Positions 15,091 through 35,327 are shown, counted from the stretch's first letter. The stretch is 64,000 nt of DNA from Malacoraja senta (GCA_038087875.1 JAXLNO010000364.1:186001-250000); one strand, 5' to 3'. A program made the numbers and translations. The notes: generated by a model not told the origin, from the sequence alone.

Positions 15091-17675
15091 TATAATTCTA
15101 CCCATGCGTCAATGTGCCATTCCAGTTTCGAGGAGACTAATACATAAAAGCAATGGTGTAATGCTGAGGCCTCATGAGACGCTGGTGAGGCCACGTTTGG
15201 AATATTGTAAGCGGTTATGGGCCTCATGTCTAAGGATGGGTGCGCAAGCGTGGAGTGGGCTCGGGGGACGTTCAGTGAAATGGTCCCGGTTATGATTGAG
15301 TAAACGTGTGAGGATAGTTTGATGTTACTAGGCCTGTACTCGCTGGAGTTTAGTACAATGAAGGGAGACTTCATTGAAACACACAGAATAGTGAATGGCT
15401 TGGATAGAGTGGGTGTGGGTGGGATGTTTCTACTAGTAGAGAGCCTAGCACGGGAGGGCATAGCCTCAGAATTCGACGTTCTTTTAGGAAGGAGATGAGG
15501 TTCCTTTAGTCAGAGGATGGTGAATCTGTGGAATTCTTTGCTGCAGAACGCAATGTAGGCCAAGTCAGTGGATATTGTTAAGGCAGAAATGGATAGATTC
15601 TTGATTATTACAGGTATCACAGATTATGGTGAGAAGGCAGAAGAATGGGGTTACGATGGAGAAACATTTCAACTATGATTAATTGGCGGAGTAAACTTGA
15701 TGGGCTGAAGTACATAATTCTACTCGTAATCCTTATGACCTTATGACTTTCATTAAGGTGTGTCTCGAGATGGGGACTGTTCTAGGGGCAGGGGTTGATC
15801 AGTGGGTGCAGAAACCTAGTTCACGAAAGTCCTCGGGGTCCTGTGGGTGTGGAGTGTCACAATCCTAAATGGCCTCATTATTCAGTCTGATCCTGTGAGT
15901 GGGAGATTCTCATGGACAGAACATTTCAGCACAGGAATAGGCCCGTCGGCCCACAATGGCCGTGTCAAACACAATGTCAAATTAAACGAATCTCTGCTTG
16001 CGCGCGATCCATATACTGTACTCCCATTCCCTGCATCCCCATCTAAAAGCCTCTCATAGACCACTATCGTATCTGCCTCCACCACCAACCCCGGCAGTGC
16101 GTTTCAGGACACCACCACCCACTGTGTAAAAAAAACTTGCCCCTTACATCGTTACACTTTGCCCCCCTCATGTTAAATCTATCCTCTCTAATAATTGAAC
16201 TGTCTATCGTGGGGTGGGTCCGGAGTGGGGAGGGTAGATAATGAATGTCAGCCCGATCTGTGCCTCTCATAGTGTCATTTTGATTGGTTGTAAGATACAG
16301 AATGGAAACCGGCCCTTCCGCCAACCCCACGCCGACCATTTGTCATGCGTTCATACGCCAGTTCTACGTTATACCCACTTTCCGTGCGCTCCCTACACAC
16401 TAGCGACAATTTATGGAGGCCAAATAACCTACAATCCCAAAGCACCCTGAAATATAGGATCATCTTGAGGCCATTCCGCACATCAAGTTCGCTCCGCCAT
16501 CCGCCACTCCAAAGACGTAGAGGTTTCTAGGTTAATTTGCTTGGTGTAATTGAAAATTGTCCCTAGTGGGTGTATGATAGCGGTAATGTGCGGGGATCGC
16601 TGATTGAACCTTCTGAAACTTCTGAATTATGTAGTCGGCAGGGTAGTACTCTGCATATCGCCAACTTCGACAATTTTACATTTTTATCAAGCCAATTAAC
16701 CTACAAACCTGTACATCTTTGATGTGTGGGAGGAAACCGAAGATCTTGGAGAAAACCCACGCAGATCACGGGGAGAACGTACAAACTCCAGGTCTCTGGC
16801 GTTGCATTTTGCTGCACCGCTGTGCCACCGTGACTGCAAAGACGTACGAGTTTGCAGGTAAATCGGCTTGGTATAAATGTGAATTATTCTGTGAGTAGGA
16901 TAGTGTTAGCGTGCGGGGGATCGCTGGTAGATGCGGACTCGCTGGGCTGAAGGGCCTGTTTCCGCGCTGCATCTCTAAACTGAACCAAAGTAAAAGTAAA
17001 ATAGAGCATCATAATCAGTTTCGATGGTCCGCTTTAACAATTATCTGTCGCTCTCGCATGGAATACGTTTCTCTCGCTGAAGAAAGGTGCTGCAGGAGAG
17101 ACAGAGGTGTTGGGGCGGTGGGGGAGGTGGGGGGGGGGGGGGTAGGAGGAGTGTTGCTTTCTGGATTGGTACAGAGTGTCACAGCAGTAGTCCGAAATGA
17201 CATTGCGGATGTTTCCTCCAGTCAGGCTAGATTTCTGAATTTGAGAATTAAAATCAATATACCAGTAAGATAGACACACAATGCTGGCGTAACTCAGATG
17301 GCCAGGCAGTATCTCTGGAGTAAAGGAATGTTTGAAGTTATGGGTCGAGACCCTTCTTAATAAGCACCAGTAATCAGAATCGAACCTGGAGCTGTAAAGC
17401 TGTACCGCTGCGCCGCCGAGGTCGTTTCCTCTTTTCTTATTGACTGAATTTACCATCCAAACTTCAGGAAATCTGCCTTCCGCGACCTTCATGTTCTGTG
17501 GAACACGCCGGAACTGAAATCCCTTCACCACGTCTTTAACCGACTCCTACAGTTAGGATGGGGACTTACCTAAGGACAGCTGCCCATAAATTACTCTCCC
17601 CACTTTCTGCCTAACGCAATTTTTTATAATTTTCCATTCATCCACTCTAACAAAATAATCGGACCTTAAAATAAT

Positions 17676-17681
17676 TTTATT
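17676..17681 (-). terminator. Polyadenylation signal AATAAA of tubulin copy 2
   Basis: TTTATT ~70 nt beyond the stop; position conserved across copies. Confidence 0.6.
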
Positions 17682-17751
17682 AGCAATAGTATAATATCTA
17701 TCAATATAATCTATATTAAATTGAACTTTTAACTATAAAAATTAATTCTTA

Positions 17752-20723
<2,972 letters not shown>

Positions 20724-20950
20724 GTTGCTCCGCTCGCGTGGTTCTCGAGACTGTGACGCGCCGCGCCGCTCCGGTATTTATACGGCCCCGGGATAGAACG
20801 GTGGCATTCGGTAAACGCGCGCCGATTGGTCAATGAGAACAATGACCTTGGTTGCCACAGGAAACAAACATAGAAGGTTCCAAGGCGCTCATTGCTGAAT
20901 AATCCACGGTGTGAGACGTAGAACAATGGACCTTCAGTGACGCAATCCAT
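20724..20950 (-). promoter_or_regulatory. Promoter of tubulin copy 2
   Basis: TATAAATA 20775-20782, CCAAT 20825-20829, TGACCTTG 20843-20850, GTTGCCACAGGAAAC 20851-20865, AAACAAACA 20862-20870, AGAACAATGG 20920-20929, TGACGCAAT 20938-20946. Confidence 0.75.
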
Positions 20951-21688
20951 TGTCTGCCTTCACCTCCCAGATTCCAATCTATCAATTACAGCTGGAAGTT
21001 AAAGTATCTGACCACATACCTCCAAATGATACATAGCGCCAACTATTTGACTTCCTACGCCATGCAATCAATTTAGCCACTTTACCAGTGGAAAAACTGC
21101 TGTAGATCACAGCGAATGTGATGTTAATCACACGCATACAAGAGATAACCATCAATTTTTCTCCATTAATCACTTCATAATCCGGGATCTCCGGTCTATC
21201 ATCGCAATGCCTAAGATCAATTTTTATTGATTTATTACCATCGCGTGTGCTGCGAAAAAAATGTCAGGCGTACTATATAGGCAGATCACATCACTCCTCA
21301 GTACATCTGATAGTGCAACACGAAAAAAATAAGCAACGTGCAGAGTACAGTGCTACATCTAGAGAATAAAAATAACATTTTTGTTTTCAAGCATGAGGAC
21401 CACAGGAAGGTAGCACATGAGAGGTCTGCGGGGATAAGCTGTTCCTCAATCAGATGGTACGTTCTTTCATGCTTTGGTCAACCAGAAGTGGAGAGAAGAG
21501 TGAATGACCGGGGCTTAAGGTATGGAGGGGGTGGGGTGTGGGAGTGGCCCTTGATTGTGACGATGTCATGCACTTAGATTCCAAATGATCAATCACTGAT
21601 TAATAAAGTGCCATTGTACATCTTGATTGATTGAAAGATGAACTCTACAAATATGATGACGTGCAGTCCACCAGAACCCCAACAATCT

Positions 21689-23002
21689 TCGAGCCTGAAC
21701 CGCCATTCGGTATGATCATGGCTGATCATCCAACTCAGTATCCCATCCCTGCCTTCTCTCCATATCCCCTGATCCCTTTAGCCACAAGGGCCACATGTAA
21801 CCCCCTCTTAAATATAGCCAATGAACTGGCCTCAACTACCTTCTGTGGCAGAGAATTCCACAGATTCACCACTCTCTGTGTAAAAAATGATTTTCTCATC
21901 TCGGTCCAAAAAGACTTCCCTCTTATCCTTAAACTGTGACCCCTAGTTCTGGACTTTCCCAACATCGGGAATAATCTTCCTGCATCTAGCCTGTCCAACC
22001 CCTTAAGAATTTTGTACGTTTCTATAAGATCCCCCCTCAATCTTCCAAATTCTAGCGTGTACAAGCCGAGTCTATCCAGTCTTTCTTCATATGAAAGTCC
22101 TGCCATCCCAAGAATCAGTCTGGTGAACCTTCTCTGTACTCCCTCTATGGCAAGAATGTATTTCCTCAGATTAGGAGACCAAAACTGTACGCAATGCTCC
22201 AGGTGTGGTCTCACCAAGACCCTGTAGAACTGCAGTAGAACCTCCCTGCTCTTATACTCAAATCCTTTTGCTATGAATGCTAACATACCATTTGCTTTCT
22301 TCACTGCCTGCTGCACCTGCATGCTTACTTTCAATGACTGGTGTACCATGACACACAGGTCTCGTTGCATCTCCCCTTTTCCTAATCGGCCACCATTCAG
22401 ATAATAGTCTACTTTCCTGTTTTTGCCACCAATGTGGATAACCTCACATTTATCCACATTATACTGCATCTGCCATGCATTTGCCCACTCACCCAACCTA
22501 TCCAAGTCACCTTGCAGCCTCCTAGCATCCTCCTCACAGCTAACACTGCCCTCCGCAAACTTGGAGATGTTGCATTCAATTCCCTCATCCAGATCATTAA
22601 TATATATTGTAAATAGCTGGGGTCCAGCACTGAGCCTTGCGGTACCCCACTAGTCACTGCCTGCCATTCTGAAAACGACCCGTTTACTCCTACTCTTTGC
22701 TTCCTGTCTGCCAGCCAGTACTCTATCCACATCAATACTGAACCCCCAATACCGTGTACTTTAAGGTTGCATACTAATCTCTTATGTGGGACCTTGTCGA
22801 AAGCCTTCTGAAAGTCCATATATAACACATCCACACGTATTCCCTTATCTACTCTACTAGTTACATCCTCGAAAAATTCTATAAGATTCGTCAGACATGA
22901 TTTACCTTTCATAAATCCATGCTGACTTTGTACAATGAATTCACCGCTTTCCAAATGTGCAGCTATCCCATCTATAATGACTGACTCCAGAATTTTCCAC
23001 AC
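21689..23002 (-). mobile_element. Unit-2-specific, 5'-truncated, relatively young CR1 LINE
   Basis: ORFs 21735-22505 and 22409-23002 encode the CR1 RT C-terminal half (DFQKAFDKVPH, SGVPQGSVL, RPHLEHCVQFWSP, GYGEKAGMGY*). Closely similar to the element at 44260-47923 and absent from the other units. Confidence 0.92.
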
Positions 23003-24684
23003 TGGTGTAGAAACAGGCCCTTCGGCTCAACTTCCCACGCCGGCCAACATGCCTCACCTGCCTGCACTTGGACTATATCCATCCAAACGTTTCCCATCAA
23101 TGTACCTGTTTAACTGTTCTTTATACGTTTGGATAGACCCAGCCTCAACTACCCCCTTCTGGCAGCTTTTTGCATGCAACCACCAACCTTTGTTTGCAAA
23201 GGTTTCCGCTCAAATTCCTATTAATTTTTTACCCATTCACATTGAATCTATTGGTCCTCGATGCCCCTATTCTGGGCAAGAGATTCTGTGCATCTACCCG
23301 ACCTGTTTCTCTCATGATTTGTAACACCTCTATACGATCACCCTTCACCCTCCTGCGCTCCAAGGAATTGCGACCCAGCCTACTCAACCTCTCCCATCAG
23401 CTCATACCCCCTAGTCCTGGCAGCATCCGCGTAAACCTTCACTGATTGGCTGCCAGAGACTAGGGGTCGGTGCTGTGGCCGCTGCTCGTCACGTTGTATA
23501 TCAATGATTTGGATGAGGGAATTGAAGGCTTGGTGGGAAGTTTGGTGATGCTGCGAAGGTAGGTGGAGCGGCAGAGAGTGTGGATTAAGCAGCGACTCTG
23601 CCGAAGGATTTGGGCATGTTTGGAAAGTAGGCAAAGAAATGGCAGATGGAATACAGCGCAGCAAAATGCGGAGACCGGCATTTTGATAGTTCGAATCAAT
23701 CGAAGACTATTTTCTAAATGTGGAGATAATTCAGAAATCTGAGGTGCAAAGAGACTCTGGAATGCTGATACAGGATTCCCAAACATGTAATTTGCAAGTC
23801 GAATTGATAGTAAGGCAGGAAAATGCAATACAATCATTTATTTGGGGAGGTCAAGTATATTAAAAAAAAAAACGGATGTAATATTGAGGCTTGAAAAGAC
23901 ACTGGTGAGTGCATTTGGGGTATTGTGACCTATTTGGGACGCCATACAAACAAATGGGTTGCAGAGGCTATCGCGTGAAGGCATGGGAATGGGGCTGATA
24001 GGGGAAGAATGATCACCCACGATTAAATGGCGGAGTAAGCTAGAGTCATAGAGTGATACCGTGTGGAAACAGGCCCTTCGGGCAAACTTGCACTCACCGG
24101 CCAACATTTCCCAGTTACCCTAGTCCCACCTGCGTCTGCTTGGCCCATATCCCTCCAAACCTGTCCTATCCATGTAGCTTTCTAACTATTTCTTGAAAGT
24201 TGGGATAGTACCAGCATCAACTAGCTCCTCTGGCAGCTTTGGGCAAGAGATTCTGCGCATCTATCCGATTTATTCCTCTCGTGATTTTATGCACCTCTAG
24301 AAGATCACCCCTCATCCTCCTGCGCTCCAAGGAATAGAGACCCAGCCTACTCAACCTCTCGCGATAGCTCAGACCATCCAGTCCTGGCAACAGTCTCGTC
24401 AATCCAATAGCACAATTCATTTAGACTTTCGACTTTTGACTTTAAACTTGAGAGATACTTCGCTGAAACAGGCCCTTCGTCGATCAGCGATCACCACGTG
24501 CACTGGCACACTCCTAGACACTTGGGACAATTTGCAACTTTACCGAAATCAAACCTGTACGTCTTTGGAGTGTGGGAGAAACCCGGACCACCGAAGAAAA
24601 CCCACAGGGAGAACATACAAACTCCGTACAAACAGCATCCGGAGTCCCGATCGAACCCGGTTCTCTGGCGCTGTGAGGCAACAA

Positions 24685-27600
24685 CCTTCAGGGTCGGCAG
24701 GTGAAGGGGCGAGTGCTGCAGAATTTAAAGCCTTGGTGAGTTTTCAAGAGCGGGTCATTTAAAAACCGGTAACTGAATCTGTAAATTAGCTAATTAGTTA
24801 AATGAATAGCAAATAAAAGCAGGGCTCGCTCTTGGTGGAGCGGCCGGTTGGCGTGAAGTGCCTTGGTGAGCAAAGTGTGAGTCTTTGGCTCAAGAGCGTC
24901 TTGGTGAGTAAGGTGTGAGTCTTTGGCTCAAGAGTCTTCGGCGAGAAGGCTGAAGCAAGGAGTCTACATTGATCGAAATGTTTGATTTGTGATTTTTAGT
25001 CCAGTAAAGAAATGGCAGAGTGGTAGAGTGTGTTTCCTGCAGGATGTGGGAAGTTAGGTACACCGCTGGTGCTTCTGGAAACTATACCTGCAGAAATTGT
25101 GTCCAGGTGCTGCTCCTGAATGAACGTGTTGGGGAAATGAAGAAGCAGCTGAAGGACCTCACGGCCATCCGGGAAAACGAGAGTTTTCTGGACAAGACCT
25201 TCAGTGAGGCTGTCACACAAAGGATATCGGAGTAGCGAAGGTGGATGACTCTGAGAAAGAAGCGTAAATGTGGAGTGCAAGAGAACACGGTGGCTGTACC
25301 TAATGAGACGCGACCGATGAGACCGCCGTCGGTCAGAGCCATAGTTGTGAGCGACTCCATTGTCCGAGGTGCGGACAGGACGTTCATTTGCGGCTGGCGA
25401 GACTCGAGGATGGTCTGTTGCATCCCTGGTGCATGATATCTCGGACCGACTTCAGAACATCCTTGAGAGGGAAGGTGAGGAGCCGGAAGTAGTTATGCAT
25501 GTGGGCACAATCGACGTCGGGGAGAAGAGAAAGGATGTTCTGCATCGTGAGTTTATAGAGTTAGTAAGAAGATAGAAAAGCATGACTTCTGTGGTGGTTA
25601 TCTCTGGATTGCTTCCAGTACATCGTGCTGGTGAGTACCGGAATAGGAAGATAGCGGATCTGAATGCGGGCTGAGGGGCTGGTGCAGCGAGCAGGGATTT
25701 AGATTCATTGACCACTGGGACCTATTCTGGGGCAGGGATTACCTCTACAAAAGGGACGGGTTACACCTTAACTGGGGCGGGACCGACATTCTGGCAGCCT
25801 GGTTTGCTGGTGCTACACCGGAGGGTTTAAAATAATTTGCAGGGAGGAAATGTTGACAAATTGGAAATATAAGGATGAAGTTAAAGGTGAAGAGATTACA
25901 GGAAATGTCGCGAAAGACAACCGGATTAATGGGACGGAAATTTCAAGAAGGGATAGGAGAGTAAGGTCAGGTGAAAGAGGAACCGGTTTGAGAGAGGAGG
26001 TGAATACCGAATTAAAAGTGTTACCGCGAACTATATGAAATAAAGTGGATGAGCTTGAGGCAAAGTTAGAAATTGGTGAGTATGATGTTGTGGGAATTAC
26101 AGACACTTGGCTGCAAGCGGATCAGAACTGGTAACTGAATATTCAGGGGTATACGTCCTATTGAAAAGAAAGCCAGATGGGCAGAGGGGATGCTGTGGCC
26201 CTCGTTGGTAAGGAATGAAATTCAGTCACTTGCGAGTGGAGACATAGAGTCAGAAAACGTAGAGTAATTGTGGATGGAACTGAGAAATTGAACGGTAGAA
26301 AGACCTAGTCCGTGTTATCTATAGGCCCCCAAACAGTAGCCTGGAGATTGGGCGCAAGTTACATCAGGAGCTAAAATTAACATATAACAAAGTTAATGCT
26401 ACGGTGTTCATGGGAGATTTCATCATGCAGGTGGACTCGGAAAATCACATAGGTACTGGACCCCAAGAAAGGGACTTTGTAGTGTGTTTCCGAGATGGAT
26501 TCTAAGAGCAGCTTGTACTGGAGCCTACTAGGTAGCAGGAAAAACTGGATGTAATGTTATGTAATGAACCGGATTTGATAAGTGACCTCAAGGTAAAGGA
26601 ACCATTAGGAGGTAGTGGCCATAATATGATACGTTTTAAATTGCAATTTGAGATATCGGAATTTGTAATATCGGAAGTGTCAGTATTCCAGTTGCACAAA
26701 GAGGACTATTGAGGGAGGATCTTGCCATAGTTCACTGGAAAGGGACCCAAGAAGGGATGACGCTGGACGCTATATCTGAGAATAATCCAGAAGATGCAGG
26801 ATCATTTCATTCCAAAGAGGAAGAAAGATTCTAATGGGAGTAAGAGGCGACCGTGGCTGACAAGCGAAATCATGTGGTGGGAGATTGCTACCTTCGCGTG
26901 GTCCACCGTATTTCGATTAATGCAATCAACCCGACGTGCACAAACAAGATCAAATAGAACAAGTTGGCCTACAACTTTAGGCTGTGCACGCCATACGCAA
27001 GAAGAAGAAGAGAAGTCAAGGACAGTATATACATAATAGAGAAGACGTATAACTCAATTCTTATTTGAGAATCAAGGGACAAACGTTTAGGGGCAACATG
27101 AGGGGGAATTAATTTCTTTACTCAAAGAGTGGTAGCTGTGTGGAATGAGCTTCCAGTGGAAGTGGTGAAGGCAGGTTCGTTTTTATCATTTAAAAATAAA
27201 TTGGATAGGTATATGGACGGGAAAGGAATGGAGAGTTAAGGTCTGCGTGCAGATAGATGGGACTACGTATGAGTAAGTGTTCGGCACGGACTAGAAGGGC
27301 CGAGATGGCCTGTTTCCATGCTGTAGTTGTTATATGGTTATAACATTGCAAATATGAGCGGGAAGCCAGAGGATTGGGAAACCTTTTAAAGAGCAACAGA
27401 AACTAACTGAAAAGCTTCCTTCCGTAGATGAAGAAGAAAAAAAAGTTAAGACAAATGTGGATCCCTTGAAGACAGAAACAGGTGGATTTATTATGGGGAA
27501 CAAGGAAAATGGAAACGAGTTGAACAGGTACTTTGGTTCTGTCTTCACTTTGGAAGTCAGAAACAATTTCCCATATGTACTAGGAGACAGAGGACCTGGG

Positions 27601-29132
27601 TTATGGAGGAACTGAAGAAAATTCACTTTAGTCAGGAAATGGTGTCGGATTCACTGATGGGACTGAAGGCTCATACATTCCCAGGGTCTGATGGTCTGCA
27701 TACCAGGGTACTCAAGGAGATGGCTCTTGGAATCATGGACGCCTTGGTGATAATGTTCCAATGTTCTATAGATTATGAATCAGTTCCTGTGAAATGGAGG
27801 GTAGCTAATGTTATCACACTTTTCAAGAAAGGAGGGAGAGAGAAAGCAGGACATTATAGGCCAGTTAGCCTGACATCTGTGGTGGGGAAGATGCTGGTGC
27901 TGTTTATTGGAGATGTAATAGTGGCGCATTTGGGTAGCAGTACCAGGATCGGTCCAAGTCAGCATGGATTTACGAAGGGGAAATCATACATGACATATCT
28001 TCGCAATTTTTTTGAGGACGTAACAAGTAAAATGGACAAGGGAGAGCCAGTGGATGTAGGGATTAACGCGTCCCTTTCAGAATGACAGGCAGTGACCAGT
28101 GGGGTAACGCAAGGCTCGGAGTTAGGACCGCAGCTATTTACAATGTATATTAATGATTTAGATGAAGGGATTACAAGTAACATTTGCAAATTTGCAGATG
28201 ACAACAAATCTGGGTGGCAGTGTGAACTGTGTTGAGGATGCTATGAGAATGCAGGGCGACTTGGACAGGTTGGGTGAGTGGGCAGATGCACGGCAGATGC
28301 AGTTTAATGTATATAAATGTGAGGTTATCCACTTTGGTAGGAAAAACGAGAAGGCAGATTATTATCTAAATGCTGTCAAGTTGGGAAAGGGGGAAGTACA
28401 ACGGGATCTCTGGGTCCTTGTTCATCAGTCAATGAAAGTAAGCATGCCATGCAGGTACAGCAGGCAGTGAAGAAAGCGAATGGCATGTTGGCCTTGATAA
28501 CAAGATAATTGAGTACAGGAGCAAAGAGGTCCTTCTACAGTTACACAGGGCCCTGGTGAGACCACACCTTTGTATTGTGTGCAGTTTTGGTATCCTAATT
28601 TGAGAAAGGATATTCTTGCTTTTGAGGGAGAAAGCGTAGGTTCACGACGTTAATACCCGGGATGGCGGGACTGTCATCTGATGAAAGAATGGAACGATTG
28701 GCTTGTATTCACTGGAATTTAGAAGATGAGAGGGGATCTTATAGAAAAATACAACATATTTAAGAGATTGGACACGTTAGATGCAGGAAACATGTTTCCG
28801 ATGTCAGGCGACTTCAAAACGACGGGCCACAGTTTAAGATTAACGGGTAGGCCATTTAGGACTGAGATGAGTAAAAATATTTTTCACAGAGAGTTGTGAA
28901 TTTGTGGAATTCTCTGCCTCTGATGGCAGTGGAGGCCGATTCACTGGATGCATTCAACAGAGAGTTAGATAGAGCTCTTAGGGCTAGCGGAATCATGGGG
29001 TATCGGGTGAAGGCAGGAGCAGGGTAATGATTGTGGATGATCAGCCATGATTACATTGAATGGCGGAGTAGGCTCAAAGGGCCGGAAAGCCTACTCCGGA
29101 ACATATTGTCTATGTATCTATGTATCTATGTA
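24685..29132 (+). mobile_element. Near-full-length decayed CR1 LINE, unit 2/3 copy
   Basis: Collinear with 10806-15090: ORF1 zinc finger and esterase remnants, RT fragments and (TATCTATG)n tail. Confidence 0.9.
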
Positions 29133-31253
29133 TATAATTCTACCGATGTGCCATTCCAGTTTCGAGGAGACGAATACATAAAAGCAATGGTGTAATGCTG
29201 AGGCCTCATGAGGCGCTGGTGAGGCCACGCTTGGAATATTGTAAGCGGCTATGGGCCTCATCTCTAAGGATGGGTGCGCAAGCGTGGATAGCCCCAGAGG
29301 ACGTTTAGTGGAATGGTCCCAGGTTATGATTCGGTAAACGTGTGAGGATAGGTTGATGTTACTAGGCCTGTACTCGATGGAGTTTAGCAGAATGAATGGA
29401 GACTTCATTGAAACACACAGATTAGTGAATGGCTTGGATAGAGTGTGTGTGGGGAGGATATTTCAACCAGTAGAGATCCTAGCACGAGAATTCGACGTTC
29501 TTTTAGTAAGGAGATGAGGAGACATTTCTTTAGTCAGAGGATGTTGAATCTGTGTTCTTTGCTGCAGAGCGCAGTGCAGGCCAAGTCAGGGGATATTTTT
29601 AAGGCAGAGATGGATAGATTCTTGATTATTACAGGTGTCAGAGATTATGGTGAGAAGGCAGAAGAATGCGGTTAGGAGGGAGAAACACATCAACTGCACT
29701 TTGCCATACCTCACGTTAAATATATCCTCTCTAATAATTGACCTGTCTATCGAGGGGTGGGGCGGGAAGGGTGGGGGGTAGATAATGAATGTCCGTCCGA
29801 TCTGTGCCTCTCATAGTGTCATTTTGATTGTTTGAAAGATACAGAATGGAAACCGGCCCTTCCGTCCACCACACGACGACCATCTGTCATGCGTTCACAC
29901 GCCAGTTCTACGTTATACCCACTTTCCGTTCGCTCCCTACACACTAGCGACAATTTATGGAGGCCAATTGAACTACAATCCCAAAGCACCCTGAAATATA
30001 GAAGCATCACGAGGCCATTTCGCCCATCAAGTTCGCTCCGCCATCCGCCACTCCAAAGACGTAGAGGTGTGTATGTTAATTTGTTTGGTGTAAATGAAAA
30101 TTGTCCCTCGTGTGTGTATGATAGCGGTAGTGTGCGGGGATCGCTGATTGAACCTTCCGAACCATCTGAATTTTGTAGTCGGCAGGGCAGTACTCTGTAT
30201 ATCGCCAACTTGGATAATTTTACATTTTTATCAAGCCAATTAATCAAGTCAATTAACCTACAAACCTGTATATCTTTGGAGTGTGGGAGGAAACCGAAGA
30301 TCTCGGAGAAAACCCACGCAGATCACGGGGAGAACGTACAAACTCCATACAAAAAAGCACCCGTATTCGGGATCGAACCCGGGTCTCTGGCGTTGCATTT
30401 TGCTGCACCGCTGTGCCACCGTGACTGCAAAGACGTACGCGTTTGCAGGGAAATCGGCTTCGTATAAATGTAAATTATTCTCAGACTGAGTAGGATAGTG
30501 TTAGATGCGGACTCGCTGGGCTGATGGGCCTGTTTCCGCGCTGCATCTCTAAACTGAATCAAACTTTAAAAGTAAAATAGAGCATCAGAATCAGTTTCGA
30601 TGGTCCGCTTTAAAAATTATCTGTCGCTCTCTCATGGAATTGTTTTCTCTCGCTGGAGAAAGGGGCTACAGGACAGACAGAGATGTTGGGGGGGGGGGGG
30701 GAGGAGTGTTGCTCTCTGGATTGATACAGATTTTCACAGCAGTAGTCCGAAATTACATTGCGGATGTTTCCTCCAGTCAGGCTAGATTTCTGAATTTGAG
30801 GAATAAAAATCAATATACCAGTAAGATAGACACACAATTCTGGCGTAACTCAGATGCCCAGGTAGCATCTCTGGAGTAAAGGAATGGGTGAAGTTTCGGG
30901 TCGAGACCCTTCTTAATAACCACCAGTAGTCAGATTCGAACCCGTGTCTCTGCAGCTGTAAAGCATCAGCAGCACCGCTGCCCCGCCGAGGTCGTTTCCT
31001 CTTTTCTTATTGTCTGAATTTACCATCCAAACTTCAGGAAATCTGCCATCCTCGTCCTTCATGTTCTGTGGAACACGCCGGAACTGAAATCCCACCACCT
31101 CGTCTTTAACGGACTCCGACACGTAGGATGAGGACTTACCTAAGAACAGCTGCTCCCAAATTACTCTCCCCACTTTCTACCAAACGCAGATATTTTTATT
31201 TTCCATTCACCGATTTCTCAAATTAATCGACAAAACAATGTCCTTAAAATAAT

Positions 31254-31259
31254 TTTATT
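31254..31259 (-). terminator. Polyadenylation signal AATAAA of tubulin copy 3 (second AATAAA at 31288-31293)
   Basis: TTTATT on the plus strand at the conserved position. Confidence 0.55.
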
Positions 31260-31337
31260 ATCAATACTATAATATCTATCAATATAATTTATTTTATCTG
31301 TATTAAATTAAACTTTTAATTACTAAATTAATTAATT

Positions 31338-34364
<3,027 letters not shown>

Positions 34365-34592
34365 GTTGCTCCGCTCGCGTGGTTCTCGAGACTGTGACGC
34401 GCCGCGCCGCTCCGGTATTTATACGGCCCCCGGGATAGAACGCTGGCATTCGGTAAACGCGCGCCGATTGGTCAATGAGAACAATGACCTTGGTTGCCAC
34501 AGGAAACAAACATAGAAGGTTCCAAGGCGCTCATTGCTGAATAATCCACAGTGTGAGACGTAGAACAATGGACCTTCAGTGACGCAATCCAT
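34365..34592 (-). promoter_or_regulatory. Promoter of tubulin copy 3
   Basis: TATAAATA 34416-34423, CCAAT and X-box-like motif 34493-34507; same motif cassette as the other copies. Confidence 0.75.
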
Positions 34593-35327
34593 TGTCTGCC
34601 TTCACCTCCCAGATTCCAATCTATCAATTACAGCTGGAAATTAAAGTATCTGACCACATCCCTCCAAATGATAACTAGCGCCAACTATTTGACTTCTTAA
34701 GCCCATGCAATCAATTTAGCCACTTTACCAGTGGAAAAATTGCTGTAGATCACAGCGGATGTGACGTTAATCCCACGCATCTCTCCATTAATCACTTTAT
34801 AATCCGGGATCTCCGGTCTATCATCGCAATGCCTAAGATCAATTATTATTGATTTATTACCATCACGTGTGCTGCAAAAAAAATGTCAGTCGTACTAAAT
34901 GGGCAGATCACATAACTCCTCAGTATATCTGATATTGCAACACGAAAAAAATGAGCAACGTGCAGAGTATAGTGTTACATCTAGAGTATAAAAATAACAT
35001 TTTTATTTTCAAGTATGAGGACCAGAGGAAGGTAGCACATGAGAGGTCTGCTGGGACAAACTGTCCCTGAATCAGGTGGTACGTTCTTTCATGCTTTGGT
35101 ACACGCTGTCCAACAGAAGTGGAGAGAAGAGTGAATGACCGTGGCTTAAGGTATGGAGGGTGTGGGGTGTGGGAATGGCCCGTGATTGTGACGATGACAT
35201 GCAATTAGATTCCAAATGATGAATCACTGATTAATAAAGTGCCATTGAACATATTGATTGATTGAAAGATGTACTCTACAAATTGATGACGTGCAGTCCA
35301 TCAGAACCCCAGCAATCTCCAATTTCG

